Shown here: positions 1 through 13,200 of the stretch, piece after piece
How positions within the stretch are numbered: the stretch's first letter is position 1
Layout of the letters: each line of letters starts with the position of its first letter
Origin: Ginglymostoma cirratum
Lineage: Eukaryota
Reading direction: 5' to 3'
NCBI GenBank assembly: GCA_024137785.1
Contig: JAHRHZ010000031.1
Coordinates: 7,141,787-7,205,786, forward strand
DNA: 64,000 nt
The notes under the pieces: generated by a model
Database searches by the model: none
Told to the model about the DNA's origin: nothing
What the model saw: the letters and a program-made list of their open reading frames with translations, nothing else
Position numbers and translations under genes: made by a program

Positions 1-1509
1 GCTTTTTGCTGGACTCTTGGCAGTTGCACAATGGGTAGAAATTCACTGTGACGAGGTTTCACCCAATGGCTATAAAGCTGGCAATAAAAATGCCACGCTA
101 TCTCTAATAGGGAAGGCTCACAGAAGTTAAGTCCCTACCAGGCACTTCACTGTTCAGCACTGGGTATTCCAGGGATTTAGGATCACAGAGGTGGAAGTTC
201 TGTCTTCTAAGATTTGCAGGCCAATCGGAATGTTCTTCTCTATCCATCGATATCACTGGTAGTGGCAGCTGCTGCTGATAATACACCAACCAGGCCAGAG
301 GTGAGGTATACGGCATTGGAAATGAATGTTATGGGAAAGTGATCGTTGCGTTGGGGTAGGATGGAGTGAGGTAAAAGGCCGAGGGTGTGACGCTCAATAA
401 GCCAAACTTTTCTAGCATTTGGTGCCTTGCTCAAGCACTAAGTGGATTTGAATAAGACCCACCACACCCTCATTCTTGACTCCAAAACTCCCCATTCTAA
501 AGTCTGATCTTGAACCTAAGCCCCCAACTTTAACAATCCAAACTCTGTCATGATTAATACTTCCACCTATTAAGTCTCTGCATAGCCCTCTCTTCTTAAG
601 AGATAAAAAAAGTACCAAGATACAGCATGAGGTCTGAGTTTAACATTGCAGCTCACTGCTCGACTCTTGGCAATAAAATAATGGACAGAATTTCATGCTG
701 ACAAGGTGTGCATGGTGTGTCCCCAGCCTGTCGCTGGTTTAACTCCAGTGAGGCAGATTGAGATCCTTCAGTGAGTATTAATTGTCCACTTAAGATCTTC
801 AGTTATTGCGCAGGGCAGACATCCATCAGCCTTCCCACCCTGGTTTTAATTGAATGGAGGCAGAAAGGTGGTGTGGTCCCCAGTCTATACACTTCCATCC
901 TATTAAATTCCCCTTCCACCTGCAAATACAACAATGAAAGAGCAATAAACTCCACTCATTATCTCTTTGAAGTGAGGAAGCTCAAAGTGGACTTGATATT
1001 TTTGATCAGATTTCATAATACACAGTTCCAGAGAAGAAAAAGGCCTGAACCAGCTAATTAGCAACACTTCAGAGGATACTTAAACATCAAAGGATTTTCA
1101 AGAATGCCTGAAGTTGAAATGGAAAGAAGCGAGCAATCAGCAGTGCCCCCACTGATTAAACAATGAAGATCAATGTCAGCTGGTTACGCTATGAGAATAT
1201 TAGTTGCCGATTTGTGTAAGATGCTCTGACTTGTGGAGTTGAATATAAAAAAAAGGCTACTCCAGATTTACTGCAGAGTCACTAATGATAGAAAGGAAAT
1301 GAATAATGAGCTTCAAGCAAAGAGTGGTAAAGACAACATTAGGTAACCGGAGAAGAGGTAAATGCAAAGAATAGTTGACATTTCTCAGAGCCATCATTAT
1401 AGAAATATAGAACTGCAACTAACCAACTAACTGCAAATAATTTTAAAATGGTGTGAAAAAGAAGCAAGGGTAATGTGAGAGAAAAAAAAGTACATAGCAA
1501 GAAGTTAAG

Positions 1510-1692
1510 GGTACGGAATGCACTGCCTGGAAATGTGGTGAAGGCTGGTTCAGTTGAGGAATTCAAGACAGTACTGGACGATAATTTGGATAGAAACGGG
1601 GTGCAAGCATTTAAGGAAAGGCAGGAGATTGGTATGAGGTAACAGAAATGGTGCATGCATGATGGGCCAAATGGCCTACTTATGCACCTCAA
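1510..1692 (+). mobile_element. CR1 LINE 3' end remnant
   Basis: ggaatgcactgcctggaaatgtggtgaaggctggttca...gatgggccaaatggcctactt, a typical CR1 3' terminus. Confidence 0.75.
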
Positions 1693-1702
1693 TAAACCTG
1701 TG

Positions 1703-2053
1703 TTTTTTTATTCACTTGTGGAATGAGGGCAACACTGGATGGGACAGAATTTATTGTCCATCCCTTGAAAAGGTGGTGGCGAGCTGCCTTTTGAACTGCT
1801 GCAGTCCATGTGATGTAGGTAGACCCATAATGCCCTGAGGGAGGGAATTCCAGGATTTTGACCCTGTGACAGTGAAGGAACTGTTATCTATTTCTGCGTC
1901 AGGATGGTGAGTGACTTGGAGGGGAACTTGGAGGTGGTGGTGTTCCCATATGTCTGCTGTCCTTGTCCTTCCAGATGGAAGCGGTCGTGGGTTTCGAAGG
2001 TGCTGCCTGAGGATCTTTGGTGAATTTCTGCAGTGCAATTTGTAGATGGTACA
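1703..2053 (-). mobile_element. 3' end of a CR1/L2-group LINE whose tail is shared with the tRNA-SINE at 27781
   Basis: Minus-strand peptide SFTVTGSKSWNSLPQGIMGLPTSHGLQQFK, then tail ...gggatggacaataa...aataaaaaa. Related tail fragments at about 16035-16148, 35978-36085 and 36420-36605. Confidence 0.75.
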
Positions 2054-4329
2054 ACAGGGACAGAGTTAATAGATTTTAACATAGCTCTAAACTAATTTGA
2101 ATTAACCCTAAGATCTGTCAAATCCAATGTGCAGTTTCCAATGTAAATGTTACATGAAATGAAAACTTCATTGAATTTTCAGATAAACACTTTACCATGT
2201 GAAATAATAACATTTAGATAAATGCATCTGACCAGAAGATCCCAACCTGTCTGATGGTTCAGCCTGGTTTATTATTTATCACCACCATAACAAGCTCACT
2301 CAAACCAAATCACCATATTGTGGAGGTGGAAGCTAAAGCTTGTGAATGTGTTGAGTTTTTAAAAATTAATGGGATTTTTTATTCCTTGTAGAAATACGTG
2401 ATACAGACTAATGACAGCCAACATTCACAGAATCTGATATTGGAAAGGCTCCAAAAGAAACCTGTCATCCATCTTAGGAACAACAGACCCAAGGGAATAA
2501 GAAATGCAAAGTCTGTTGAAAGATTTGGAGTGGACATATTTAAACATTCTCTGCCATCTCCCACAATGCTCCATTCTACCTTTTGTGACTTTGCATGCTT
2601 TGCTGCTGAAATATTAAAACTCTATTACTTCTCCCTGTTTATTTTAGGCAACAAGGCATTCTCTATTCAGTAGGAGATTAAGTGATGTTATTCTTGAGGG
2701 CAAAAGATACATCATACATTCATAACACCAACAGTGTCTTTCAAACCTTCATTGGACAATGAACAAAGTAATTCTCTGCTTCCTCTCTAATGGATGATTG
2801 TAATACCCATCATGCTGTATGACATGGTTTAAACAAAACTCAATATATTACTTTAACAACATCATAGCATTTCATTGCAACCACAATCTGATTTGTCCCT
2901 CTGTATCTTTGAAGATAACAAAATATCTGGAAGGCTTTATTTGTCTTGCAAGCTTCACATACTAAATGTCCCATAATTTTCTGGTTTACTGCACCATTTA
3001 ACATTGCCTATAAAGCTGTGATTTCACAATCCGAATAGGTCTCTCTGAATATTAAATTGGCAAAATATCCTCACTAAAAACAGATCAGAAGATTGAAATG
3101 AAGCCTTACATTTATACTGGAGGTATGCTACAGATATCATTTCTGAAGTCAAAGAATACGTTGCAAATGAAATGACAGATCATTTAACTCCCTGTGAGTT
3201 TAGCTGGTTCAGATAGTGAGTAGGAAAGACATAAGGTTTGTATGTAAGTCTAACAGGTCAAAGTCAATTAAGTTTCACAAGTTTCCCATTGCCTTAGTCC
3301 TGAAACCTTTCTCTGGTTTCTCTCATGCTTCAATTCAACTTATCTCATCCAAAGACCTACCTCTTCTCCCTTGACTCTCTTTCTGCTAAACCACTGACTA
3401 CTCAACTTCACTTCCTGATTGCAGTACAAGCCATTATCGTAAATTTTTTTTTAAAAATCTATCATCAATTCTCAATTGTAAAAGGGAATCCTTGATCCCA
3501 CACTCCTTGTGTTGTGGAAAATTACAATACAAAATCTCAGGATTCTCAGGTACTGTTACGACCCTTGTTTTCCCAACACAGTGCAAGTGATCAATTTCAA
3601 CCTAAGTCCAAAGTTGAACTTTTCCGTCAGCAGGAAATCTCAGATATTTATACATTCTAAGTCATGCAGACAATATATTACTCAAAGTCTGAAATGGTCT
3701 GCATTAAACAAATGCCTTGTTCATTGCATTTTATGAAATGGCAAGGGTGTTTAACCTCCCTAATCTTAACTACTTGCCCTATCTCCCCAGATGCTGCCCT
3801 ATCTCCTTTCTAGATCCTGTGCTATTCTCACAGTTTTGAGCTCCCCATATTTTTGTCTGGTGGTACTTGACTTGGTGTGGGGGTCATAGACATTTCAGCT
3901 CCAGCTCAAAAAAAACTCGAAGATTATTGCACTTTTGCAGGATTATGTGTGTCTATTACATCAGTGTTTCAATGTTGCCTGCATGTTTTAATTTAGTTTT
4001 ATGTAATCCGATAATCTTACTCGAATAGAAATAAATGAATTATATGTATGAATCCTACTTATTACAATAAATAAATTCTCTAGTCATTTCTAACATGATC
4101 ACTTTAGACTTTTATTAATCGTATTCATTTCTTCCCTCGGTAAATTATTGTGGGGTAACCCATATTCAGAATTATACCCCCTACAAATTCAAGTACAGCA
4201 AATGTGTTCAATGGCTGCCACAAACTTGGGGAAGTAAGTTACAGCAGAGGTAGAATTCGCGAGACCACAGCAAAAAAGCCAGCACACAATACACAAACAT
4301 ATTTTTCTAAAATTTCCAGCTACCAATGA

Positions 4330-4560
4330 TGTTAATGCTCATCTAAATCTGGTCTTGCATTGATCCCTGATTTCACTTGCTCCATTATCGATGGCTGAAC
4401 CTTCAACTGCTTCAGTCTTAAACTCAGGAACTCTTCTTAACACCTCTACATCACGCTGTCTTCCGTTTTCCTTTAAGACAATCTTTCAAGCCACCTATTT
4501 GATCATGCTTTTGATCACCTCGCCCAGCACTTGCTCATCTGGTTTGATATTTTGTTTAGG
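4330..4560 (+). mobile_element. L2-like LINE 3' remnant
   Basis: ccctgatttcacttgctccattatcgatggctgaaccttcaactgc...gatcatgcttttgatcacct; the same tail type recurs at about 17200, 41900 and 60800. Confidence 0.55.
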
Positions 4561-4561
4561 T

Positions 4562-4642
4562 TGAAACAAAAATAGAAATGCTCGAGAAGCTCAGAGGGTG
4601 TGGCAGCATTGGTGGAGAGAGATAGAAAGTTCATGTTTTGAA
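4562..4642 (-). mobile_element. Penelope-type terminal repeat fragment
   Basis: aaaaatagaaatgctcgagaagctcagagggtgtggcagcattggtggagaga, homologous to copies at 24175, 43303 and 46850. Confidence 0.55.
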
Positions 4643-4654
4643 TTTTGCTGTGAT

Positions 4655-5040
4655 TGTTTTCCTTAGAGAACAGAAGGCTGAGGAGGGATCTGATTGAGGC
4701 GTACAAAGTTCTGAGGGGTAAAGATTGCCCAGATAGGGAGAGACTTTTCCCCTTAATAGAGGTCTCCATAACCAAGGGGGCACAATTTTAATGTAAGGAG
4801 CAGGAGATTTAGAGGAGATATCTGGGTTGTGGGTATCTGGAGCTCACTGCTTAGAAGGGTGGTAGTGACAGAAACCCTCAAGAATTTTAGAACTATTTAG
4901 ATAGGGCACATGAAACATCATAGCATAGAGGTTATAGTCGAAGTGCTGAAAAATGGGATTGAAATAGATGGATGTTTAATGACCAGCATGGACACGATGG
5001 GCTAAGGACCTCTTTCTGCGCTGTTAAAACTCTTATGACT
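4655..5040 (+). mobile_element. CR1 LINE 3' end remnant
   Basis: FSLENRRLRRDLIEAYKVLRG-like coding stretch followed by the CR1 3' tail ggacacgatgggctaaggacctctttctgcgctg. Confidence 0.85.
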
Positions 5041-6759
5041 CAATACAATGTAATCTCCAGATACAGTCTGTGCCTCGAGTGCTGCAGTGCAGAAAGCATG
5101 CGGCTAGTGGTCAAGTGACAAATTGGCCGATTTGCACATTGATCTGTCGCAGACATCACTACAAAGATGATAACATGACATCCCCCTTCTTGGATGCTGA
5201 CCAAGATTCGGATCAAGTTAGCCAATTGTGGAATCATCACAACCAGGCTGATATCAGTATCTGTCTAACAATCAGGAGAAAGAGCCCTGGTTACCTTTTA
5301 TTTTACCCATCAACTAGAATTTGCAAATGCAAATCTAAACGTTCCTAGTCTATATGGCTTAATGCTACCTCAAAACACTATGTTTATTCAACAGACCTTC
5401 ATGCAAATTGAATGCTTTTAAATACATTGTTCGAAATGCCCAAAGTAATCTTTCATATTTTCACGACTACAATCGCCAAGCAAAAGATTTTTGTTGTGTC
5501 TGTACTGTAGAGATTTCTAATGTGCTTAATTTAATCAGTAGAAGTTTGAATAAAACGTCAACTAAATAGTCTGTAACACTCATCATCAAGTTTCATTCAA
5601 TAAAACAGTCAGGCATAATAAGACAACTTTTTCTCACTCATCTCATGAACCAAGCAGTGAGTGCCCACGTCTGTGCACTCTCAACAGCTTGAAATTTAAG
5701 TAACTACATTTTATACATTCTGTTTCGGTCTCTGGTGATTCATGTAGGCTTTCCATTTAGATCGGACTGCAAATTCCAACAGGAGTACTCCAAAGGCAGC
5801 TAGCATTCAGTCTGCTCTGTAATACTGTATAGGGATTTTTTTCTTCTTTACAGGTGAGAAATATAGTAAGGATATTTTAGAATTATGACTGAGTACAGTT
5901 TATATTCTCATGTGCAAGTGGCCAACACAACCTCGCCATATCTTTATTTCAGAAGGAGTGAGGAGGCTCAAATGATTTACCCTGATAGGTAATGGCTACT
6001 GCGCAATATCCATTTGTTGGGAAACTCCCAAGCGCCATATAAAAGGCGTCCTAAATAATAACTAGATTAACAGGGGTCACTGTCTTCCCTGATGGCTTCA
6101 GAAAGTCTGTGCAATACGGGGAGTCTTGGAAGCAACTACTGCCCTTTGCAGACCCATTAGAAGTACTTTTGCTTTAGCCTGCAGGGAGTCAAATTTTTGA
6201 TAGTTTCAGAGTGAGATTTTTAACTGCTATTCAGCCCATTTACAAATATTTCACAGTTTAAAATTATAGGGAAATAACAACTATTTCAGGAACGTTCAAG
6301 GTCATCTCAATGTTACTGCTCTGCAGATCTCACATAACTGCTGAGGAGGTGGTGCTGAATTGCCTGTGGTATTCTGGCATTACGAACCATTAGGGATGGG
6401 TACTACCTGGTAACACAAATAAATATTAGCAGCCCGTTTGCCATATAATACACTCAGTCATGCCAACTTTGTCTTGACACTGAATGAATTATGATGGTAT
6501 TTAGCATAGCAGCCTGTAACGTTCTTAGCATTATTAATTTATACCTTCACTATGCATCAGGGTTTTCACATGTACACAAATTCATAGACCTTGGACCATC
6601 ACAGGTCTCATGCATTCAATGCATCAGCTCAGACATTTATATCAGCTGGATCAATTAAAGAGAGTTGGGTTTTCACCGTGTAATTCACAAATCAGAACTG
6701 AACAAGAGCAAATCTAATCTAATCATACCCAAGGAATTATGTGCAATCCTTTTTCTTTG

Positions 6760-7230
6760 TTTCCATACTGTTGCCGCAGGGATCCTCCAAGGATCTATTC
6801 TTAATCCTTCCTATTTCTGAGCTACCCCTCAGTGACATCATCTGAAGACACGATAACAGTTTCCACACGTAATCTGACAACAGCTAGTTCTACTGAACAA
6901 TTACCCCTCTCAAATTCTCCAGAATTGTTAAAATATCAGACAGATATCGAGCACTGAGCAAAAGTTTTCTCCAAGTTATAATTGGAAAGCTTGACATTTT
7001 CAGTTCCCACTCCAATCCCCGAGAACTGACCTCATCCCTCTGGATGGTGCAGTCTAAGATGGAATTGAAAGTCAGTTTGTAACCTTGGTGTCATTGCTTG
7101 ATCCTGAAGTACTATCAAACACACTCAGACAGTGTTTTCCCACCTCTGTAACAGTGCACACTTCAGCCTTGTCTCGGCTCATCTACTGCTGCAACCCTCA
7201 TTCTTTGACTGCAATTTTTATACTTAAATT
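6760..7230 (+). mobile_element. Degenerate L2-like reverse-transcriptase fragment
   Basis: cctccaaggatctattctt (PQGSIL-like), followed by a decayed YADD-equivalent region. Confidence 0.55.
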
Positions 7231-7914
7231 TTATTCTGTGCATCTACGGACTCCAGAGGTTGCAGTTCCGATGGCACAATGACTGTCAATACTGTTGGCA
7301 TTCACTTTCCTTATAACAACAAAGTCCAGTCCGGGTTTAATGGCCGTTGGATATAAATGACACACTTCACATGAAGGGCCATCAACCTGTTCCTCCAAAC
7401 AGATGCTATATTTTCAGTATTTTTTGTTTTTATTTCAGATTTCCAGCAGCTTGAGTCTTCAGTTTTAACTTGGTTTCATGTTTCCTTCCCAACAAGGTTT
7501 TATCAGATAAATTAACACCTTATTCGATTGTGAGGGTCCATTTCCTCTCCATCACAAGGACTGCCTGCTTCCAAGTCTGCACTATTGCCTGTTTCTACTC
7601 CTGTTTTCGATCATCTACTGTTGAAACCCTTATCTATAATGTCCTGTTGTAGCATTACAGCATAGATTCCAGACTAGACAGATGTGTACTGTACTTTTAA
7701 GACAGCTACATGAGATCACAATAGTATCTTACTGAATGGCTGAGAAGACAAGATGGGCTGAATGGCCTGCTTCTGCTCCTGTGTTTCTATGTAATGGAGT
7801 CAGTGTAGTGCTTTCTGTCCATCAATCAAGTGTATGTAATGTACAGTAAAAACGTTAAGCCTAGAACCCAGACTCCATGTGTATATCTGAGATATCTTAG
7901 TATTGTTCACAGAT

Positions 7915-8110
7915 TTTTTTTAAGAGTTGCTCATGGGATGTGGACAGTTACCCAGCCCAAAGTCAATCACAAACGAGGTTAGGGTGGCAGATTTCCCTCC
8001 CGAATATATCATTGATGAATGAGATGGGTTTCTACGACAATCAACAGTGGGTGCCATTAGGCTCCTTTTACTTAATTCATGATTTTTATTCAATTCAAAT
8101 TCCATAATCG
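7915..8110 (-). mobile_element. Degenerate copy of the tRNA-SINE family seen at 27781-28125
   Basis: Reverse-complement similarity (gaatttgaattgaataaaaatc, gggaaatctgccaccctaacc, cacatcccatga). Confidence 0.6.
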
Positions 8111-8959
8111 TCCATAGTGAAATTACCGTTACATTGGCTGGGGGAGACAACAATGTCATTAATAAATTTCAAGACATCCATCTCAATAAGAATCTCGGTG
8201 GCGTATGTAACATTGGCTAGCATATAGAAAACTATAACTGTCAATCGAATCTCATCTAATCATTAGTGTTCCATTTTATACAGTTAACAAGCTAGAAAGC
8301 AAACACTTTTGAAACTTTCAGTCACTGGAATGCGGTTGACTTGTTTTGTAGAATATATATATTCATGTATCTGGTTTAAATCTCACTTGGCATAAGAGAA
8401 TGCTTCGTAAATGTAGCTGGTTTTAGAGCTATAAAACAAGATGATGTAAGATGATACAAGTACTGTTTTTTTTTTTCTTTTTAACCGAGAATGAGAGAGA
8501 AATGACTAAACCTTTCATGGAACATTAAATAAGCTTAGTGCTCCAGGCAGATGTCTACAGTATAAATGGTAAGTTAATTTTGAAAGTGAACTGACAGCTG
8601 TTTGCAAGCGTTGGAGACAAGTATGTGAGCGCTCAGTTTGATTCATCTAGAATTAGGTAACTGAAGCATAATCATCTCCAACAGGTGGAGCTTGTTTCTT
8701 GTACACAACCATGGTGCAGTGATTATGAAGATAGCAATGTATTTAAACAATGTGCTGTTTTGCTGAATTGTGCTGTTTAGTCCACTGCTTCAATGGAGCC
8801 TTGGATCATTGTAGAAAATTTAACACCATTTGGAATTTGTCCGAGCTTCAAGCACATAGTAAAGAGAGAACAGATTTCAACTGCACTTAACTGTGAGGAA
8901 GTGCTTTGTGGTGTCACCCATTTCTAATTTTAAGGTTTATACATCATTATTCTGTTGAC

Positions 8960-9640
8960 ATAGCTTGAAACAAAGTATTTCACCTCATCAATATCTTTAA
9001 ATCATATTAAACACCTTAACTAGTTAACCCTTACTTTTCTTGTCCCCAATGAAATACAAATCTATTATCTCATCCTCATAATTTAACCTCTCTCTTCCCA
9101 GGTTTGAAACTGAAAAATCGATATTGTACTCTAACCAAAGCCAACATGGCCTTCCTGAGGAACGGTGCCCAGATACATGAGTGCATATTCGAGATGGGAT
9201 CCAACAGAGCTCTGTACAGCAGTAACTTAACTTTCAGCTCCTTTGTATTCCTATCCCCTTATGATAAAAATTAACATTCAACTGGCTCTTTAATTACTTT
9301 CTGCACATGTGAATTTGAGCAGGAATCAGCCATTCAGCCCCTAGAGGGTGGCCTGCCATTCAATCAGATCATAGCTCTTCAGATTGTGAATTCAAATATA
9401 CATTTTTGCCTGTCTCAGGTAACTTTTCAACTCCTTGTTCGATAACAATTGGGTTCCTTTGCCTTAAAAATATTGAAAAAGTACTGCTTCCACTGCCTCT
9501 TCTGGGATAGAGTTCCAAAGACATTTTTTTGGCCTAATGTCTTTTTTAAAATTAGTGACCCCTGATTTTTAAACAGTGGTTCCTAAATATAGATTCTTCC
9601 ATCAGAAGAAAAATCCTACAGCCATCTACCCTGTCAGCAC
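8960..9640 (-). mobile_element. Two adjacent degenerate CR1 3'-region fragments
   Basis: ccttcctgaggaacggtgcccaga (CR1 ORF2 C-terminal region); gagcaggaatcagccattcagccc (CR1 tail on the minus strand). Confidence 0.65.
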
Positions 9641-9689
9641 TGTTGTTTTTGACCCAAGCTCCTCCCTCTATAATTGAATGCTAAATTAC

Positions 9690-11450
9690 CACCATTTTAC
9701 CTTCACTGCTACCGAGGGGATCATTTACTCTGAGATCTGTTATTAAACCAGCCTCATTACACAGATCCAAAAAGCCTGAACCCTGGTTGGATCTACAATA
9801 TATTCTGCAAGGAAACTGTCCCAAATACACTTTATTAATTCTTCCACATGGTTACTTCTGCAATTAGATTATAGCCTTCCATGATTAATGCACTGACATG
9901 TCCTCATTACCTTTTGATTCATTCTCTATTTGATGGAACAGCGACTGTTAGGGGGCCCATAGACCCTTTCCATCAGTGTCTTATAATTTCTTACCTCCAT
10001 CCATTTGGATTCTATATCATCCAATACAAAACCATTTCTTGCTATTGTACTTATTCCATCGCACACCAAAGTAGCCCTACCGCCTTTTCATTTTTCCTGT
10101 TGAAAATTCACATGTCCGTAAATATTTAATTCCCAGCTTTGATCCCCATGTAACCATGACTTCACACTGGCTATTAATCTCTTGTTAATAGATTAATAGT
10201 GTATTGTTAATTCATTTTGTTTGTTCTGAATACAACACATTTTTAAGTGAAGAGCTATTAATTTCACCTATTAAACATTTAACTCTTTAATCCTATTTGC
10301 TGCTGTTTTTACATGCTTATATATCCTCTCTCTTTATGACCTGTCAGGGTGTCATCATCTAAATAGATGCACTGCAATGGCGCCATTCTGTTTTGATTTG
10401 CAAGTTTATCTTTCCCTACTCACAAAGTCACCCCCACAACCCTTCTAGTTAACTTAAAGACCTCTCACAGCCCTAGATATTAAATTTACCAGGACATTCA
10501 ATACACAATGGTTCAAATGAAGTTCATTCCATTGGGAAATCTTTCTTCTACAATGGTACTGGTGCACTAATCATGAAAGGAAAACCATTCTTCCGACACC
10601 AATCTCAGGGCCACACATTTAACTTCTTGTCTTTAATTACCCAATGTCAGGCTGTCATGGCATAGGCAGTAACCCAGAGATCATTACCTTGGATGATTTG
10701 TATTTAGCTCCGAACAGCTCAACAGAGTTCCCTTTTTATTCCTTTGGAAGTCATTCACATTGACATTGATAGTGACAACAAAATCTCTCCCTTCTTACTC
10801 TAAATTCCTCCCCAACACAAAGGAAATGTCATTAATCCTGGCACCGGATGGGTAGCACAGCCTTCAGGACTATGACTCCTGATTGTAGAGAATAGTGTCT
10901 ATATCCCGAGTTATACTTGTACCACTACTAGCTTCATATTCCCTTCTCCTACCTGAACAGCCAATGCTACCGCAGTGTCAGGACTGGTTTGACCATCCTC
11001 CCTGCAGTCTCCTCTCTTGTCCACACAGCTTGCAAGAACCTTGCAACTCTTGCACAATTACAGGGATTGAGGTCCCGTGAGAGCTGCCCCTTGGGTCGTG
11101 ATTGGTGCCTCACCTGAATCATTTAAATTTTTAAACAGTGACACCTAGATGTAGATTCTTCCATAAGAATAAACATCCTATTCATATCTACCCTGTCAGC
11201 ACTGTTGTTTCTGTCCCAAGTTCCTCCCTCTCCAATCCTTGATCACAAACTAAGTTTGAATCACCTAATTTAAGGAGTATGGCCACCTTCAGGTAATTTT
11301 CCTCCTCCTTGAAGTGGCACAAGTCTGCAGCTTGGATCCAGCTCCTCAATTCGAATCCAAAGTTACTTAAGCTACAAACACTTGCTCAGCCTGGTATCCA
11401 GGAGCTCCCACATGTTGCAGATATAGCCCACCACCCAACCTGCCATCTCT
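9690..11450 (-). mobile_element. Highly decayed 5' half of a CR1 LINE (ORF1 zinc finger/esterase plus start of ORF2)
   Basis: The minus strand near 11330-11420 reads CNMWEL...SKCL..LWIRIEELD, resembling the CR1 ORF1 N-terminus; many stops and frameshifts. Confidence 0.6.
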
Positions 11451-11640
11451 AACATATTTTATTTTACTTATTACTTAATCACTCTAGCATCTCTGCTGTT
11501 TACACATAAATCTCCACTCGACATTTCATGTCTTTCTTTCCCATACACACCAGTATCAACACAGAATTTGTAAATAAAAAGGAGAGAAATTTAATGAGAG
11601 ACTGAAACATAAACTGAAGACCTTACTTTTACTCAATAAT

Positions 11641-11973
11641 CATAGAATTATAGAATCCTTATTGTGTGGAAGCAGGCCATTTGACCCATTGAGTTCACAC
11701 CAAACTTCCAAAGAACATCTAACCAAGATCCACACCCCAACCCAATCCCTGTAACCCTGCATTTCCCATGGCAAACCCACCTAGTCTGCAGATACCTGGA
11801 CACTATGGGCAATTCAGCATGGCCATACCACCCAACCTGCATACCTTTGGACTTTAGGGGGAAACCAGAGCACCTGGAGGAAACCCATGCTGACATGGTC
11901 CAAGGGTGGAATAGAACCTGGTTCCCTGGTGCTGTGAGGCAGTAGTGCTAACCACTGAGCGACCGTGCCACCC
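11641..11973 (-). mobile_element. HE1-type tRNA-derived V-SINE
   Basis: Head gggtggcacggtcgctcagtggttagcactactgcctcacagcaccaggga, V-domain tgggtttcctccaggtgctctggttt, CR1-like tail. Confidence 0.9.
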
Positions 11974-12669
11974 TAGAGTCAAGAAATTACTCACCAGATA
12001 CTTTGTTCAGGCAAAAGCAAACAAACACCTCAATCCTTCCTCTGTTGTATTCCTTGAGATGCTAAACTCCAGTATTCTAATCTAAGTCCCACTGAAGTGC
12101 TAACTTGTACTTGGCTGCTTATATTTGCATCCAACACAAAGGGCCTATCTGGGTCAGTTGAGGGTTCAGTATAAACTGATTCTTTATTAGGCTGTGCCAC
12201 CAATGGAATCTTGAAAATAAACATGCTCAAATCCCACACCCACAGAATCAAAACTAGTTGAGAATTTGTCCTTTCAATATCTCTGAAGGCATTTTACTAT
12301 TCGTTCCATGGGGTTTTTGCAGAGAAAAATTAATAGAAGCCAGCTAGCTGTTACTGGAGACTTTCTGGTATCTCCACACAGGAGAAAGACGTTGAGAGAG
12401 ATTTGTGATACTTTCTTTTTTCAGGCTAGATATCTCTACTGCACAGACCTTAGACATGATGGTCACCTGGCCAATCAAAATTTTGTTGCCAAAAAATTAC
12501 CCCCCAGCTCAGAACTGTCTGCATTTACTCTCACTGTCCTAGGAAGAGGGTATTTTGTATACAGCTTGGAATGTGCATCAGTAAACATGATTTTTTAAAT
12601 TCCAGCCAATGTTTTGCATAGATTCCTTGGTTTAAAGCAGCCTCTTCCTTTCTTCAGTCCACAGTCTAA

Positions 12670-13200
12670 AAGTAAAGGATATAACATGATATGGTTTTTA
12701 TGTCAGGTAAATTGACTGTACATCCCTGTGACTGGCAGACTGAATCAAACAAAACATCCAGTTGTCCAGTTGCAGTGGGCAGTGTGCTTCTCATGGTCAA
12801 CTAGCTCATGCTGGTAAGCCGAAGAACATCATGTCCAACATCAAATGTAATTCTGCTATTGGACAACATGAATTAAGTATTCTAAATTGTGTCAAGAATT
12901 ACACTGAAAACCAATCTACGGTCATCAATTGGGCTGGCCGTGAGATGTAGTTGTACATGATAGAAGCCACATTTATTAACAAACAGACTGTAGCCGAAAG
13001 CTATTTGCACATACATTGTACCTTTTACATTGGGGAAGAGAAAAAAAGGGTCATGGAAACTGCCAAGCTCTGCTGCATTTCCACGGTAACATCCTGACCA
13101 ATCCAAGTCAACATGCCTGCTCTACGAACTAAGACTGACAGTTAATAGTCCTGTTGCATCTCCATGCTGAAAAAATAATCCAATCAATCAATGTTGACTT
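12670..13200 (+). mobile_element. Penelope-like element remnant (GIY-YIG endonuclease C-terminal region and 3' flank)
   Basis: Peptide CNSAIGQH..ILNCVKNYTENQSTVI, then IEATFIN; upstream ctggcagactgaatcaaacaa (LAD.IKQ). Resembles Penelope endonuclease motifs. Confidence 0.7.
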
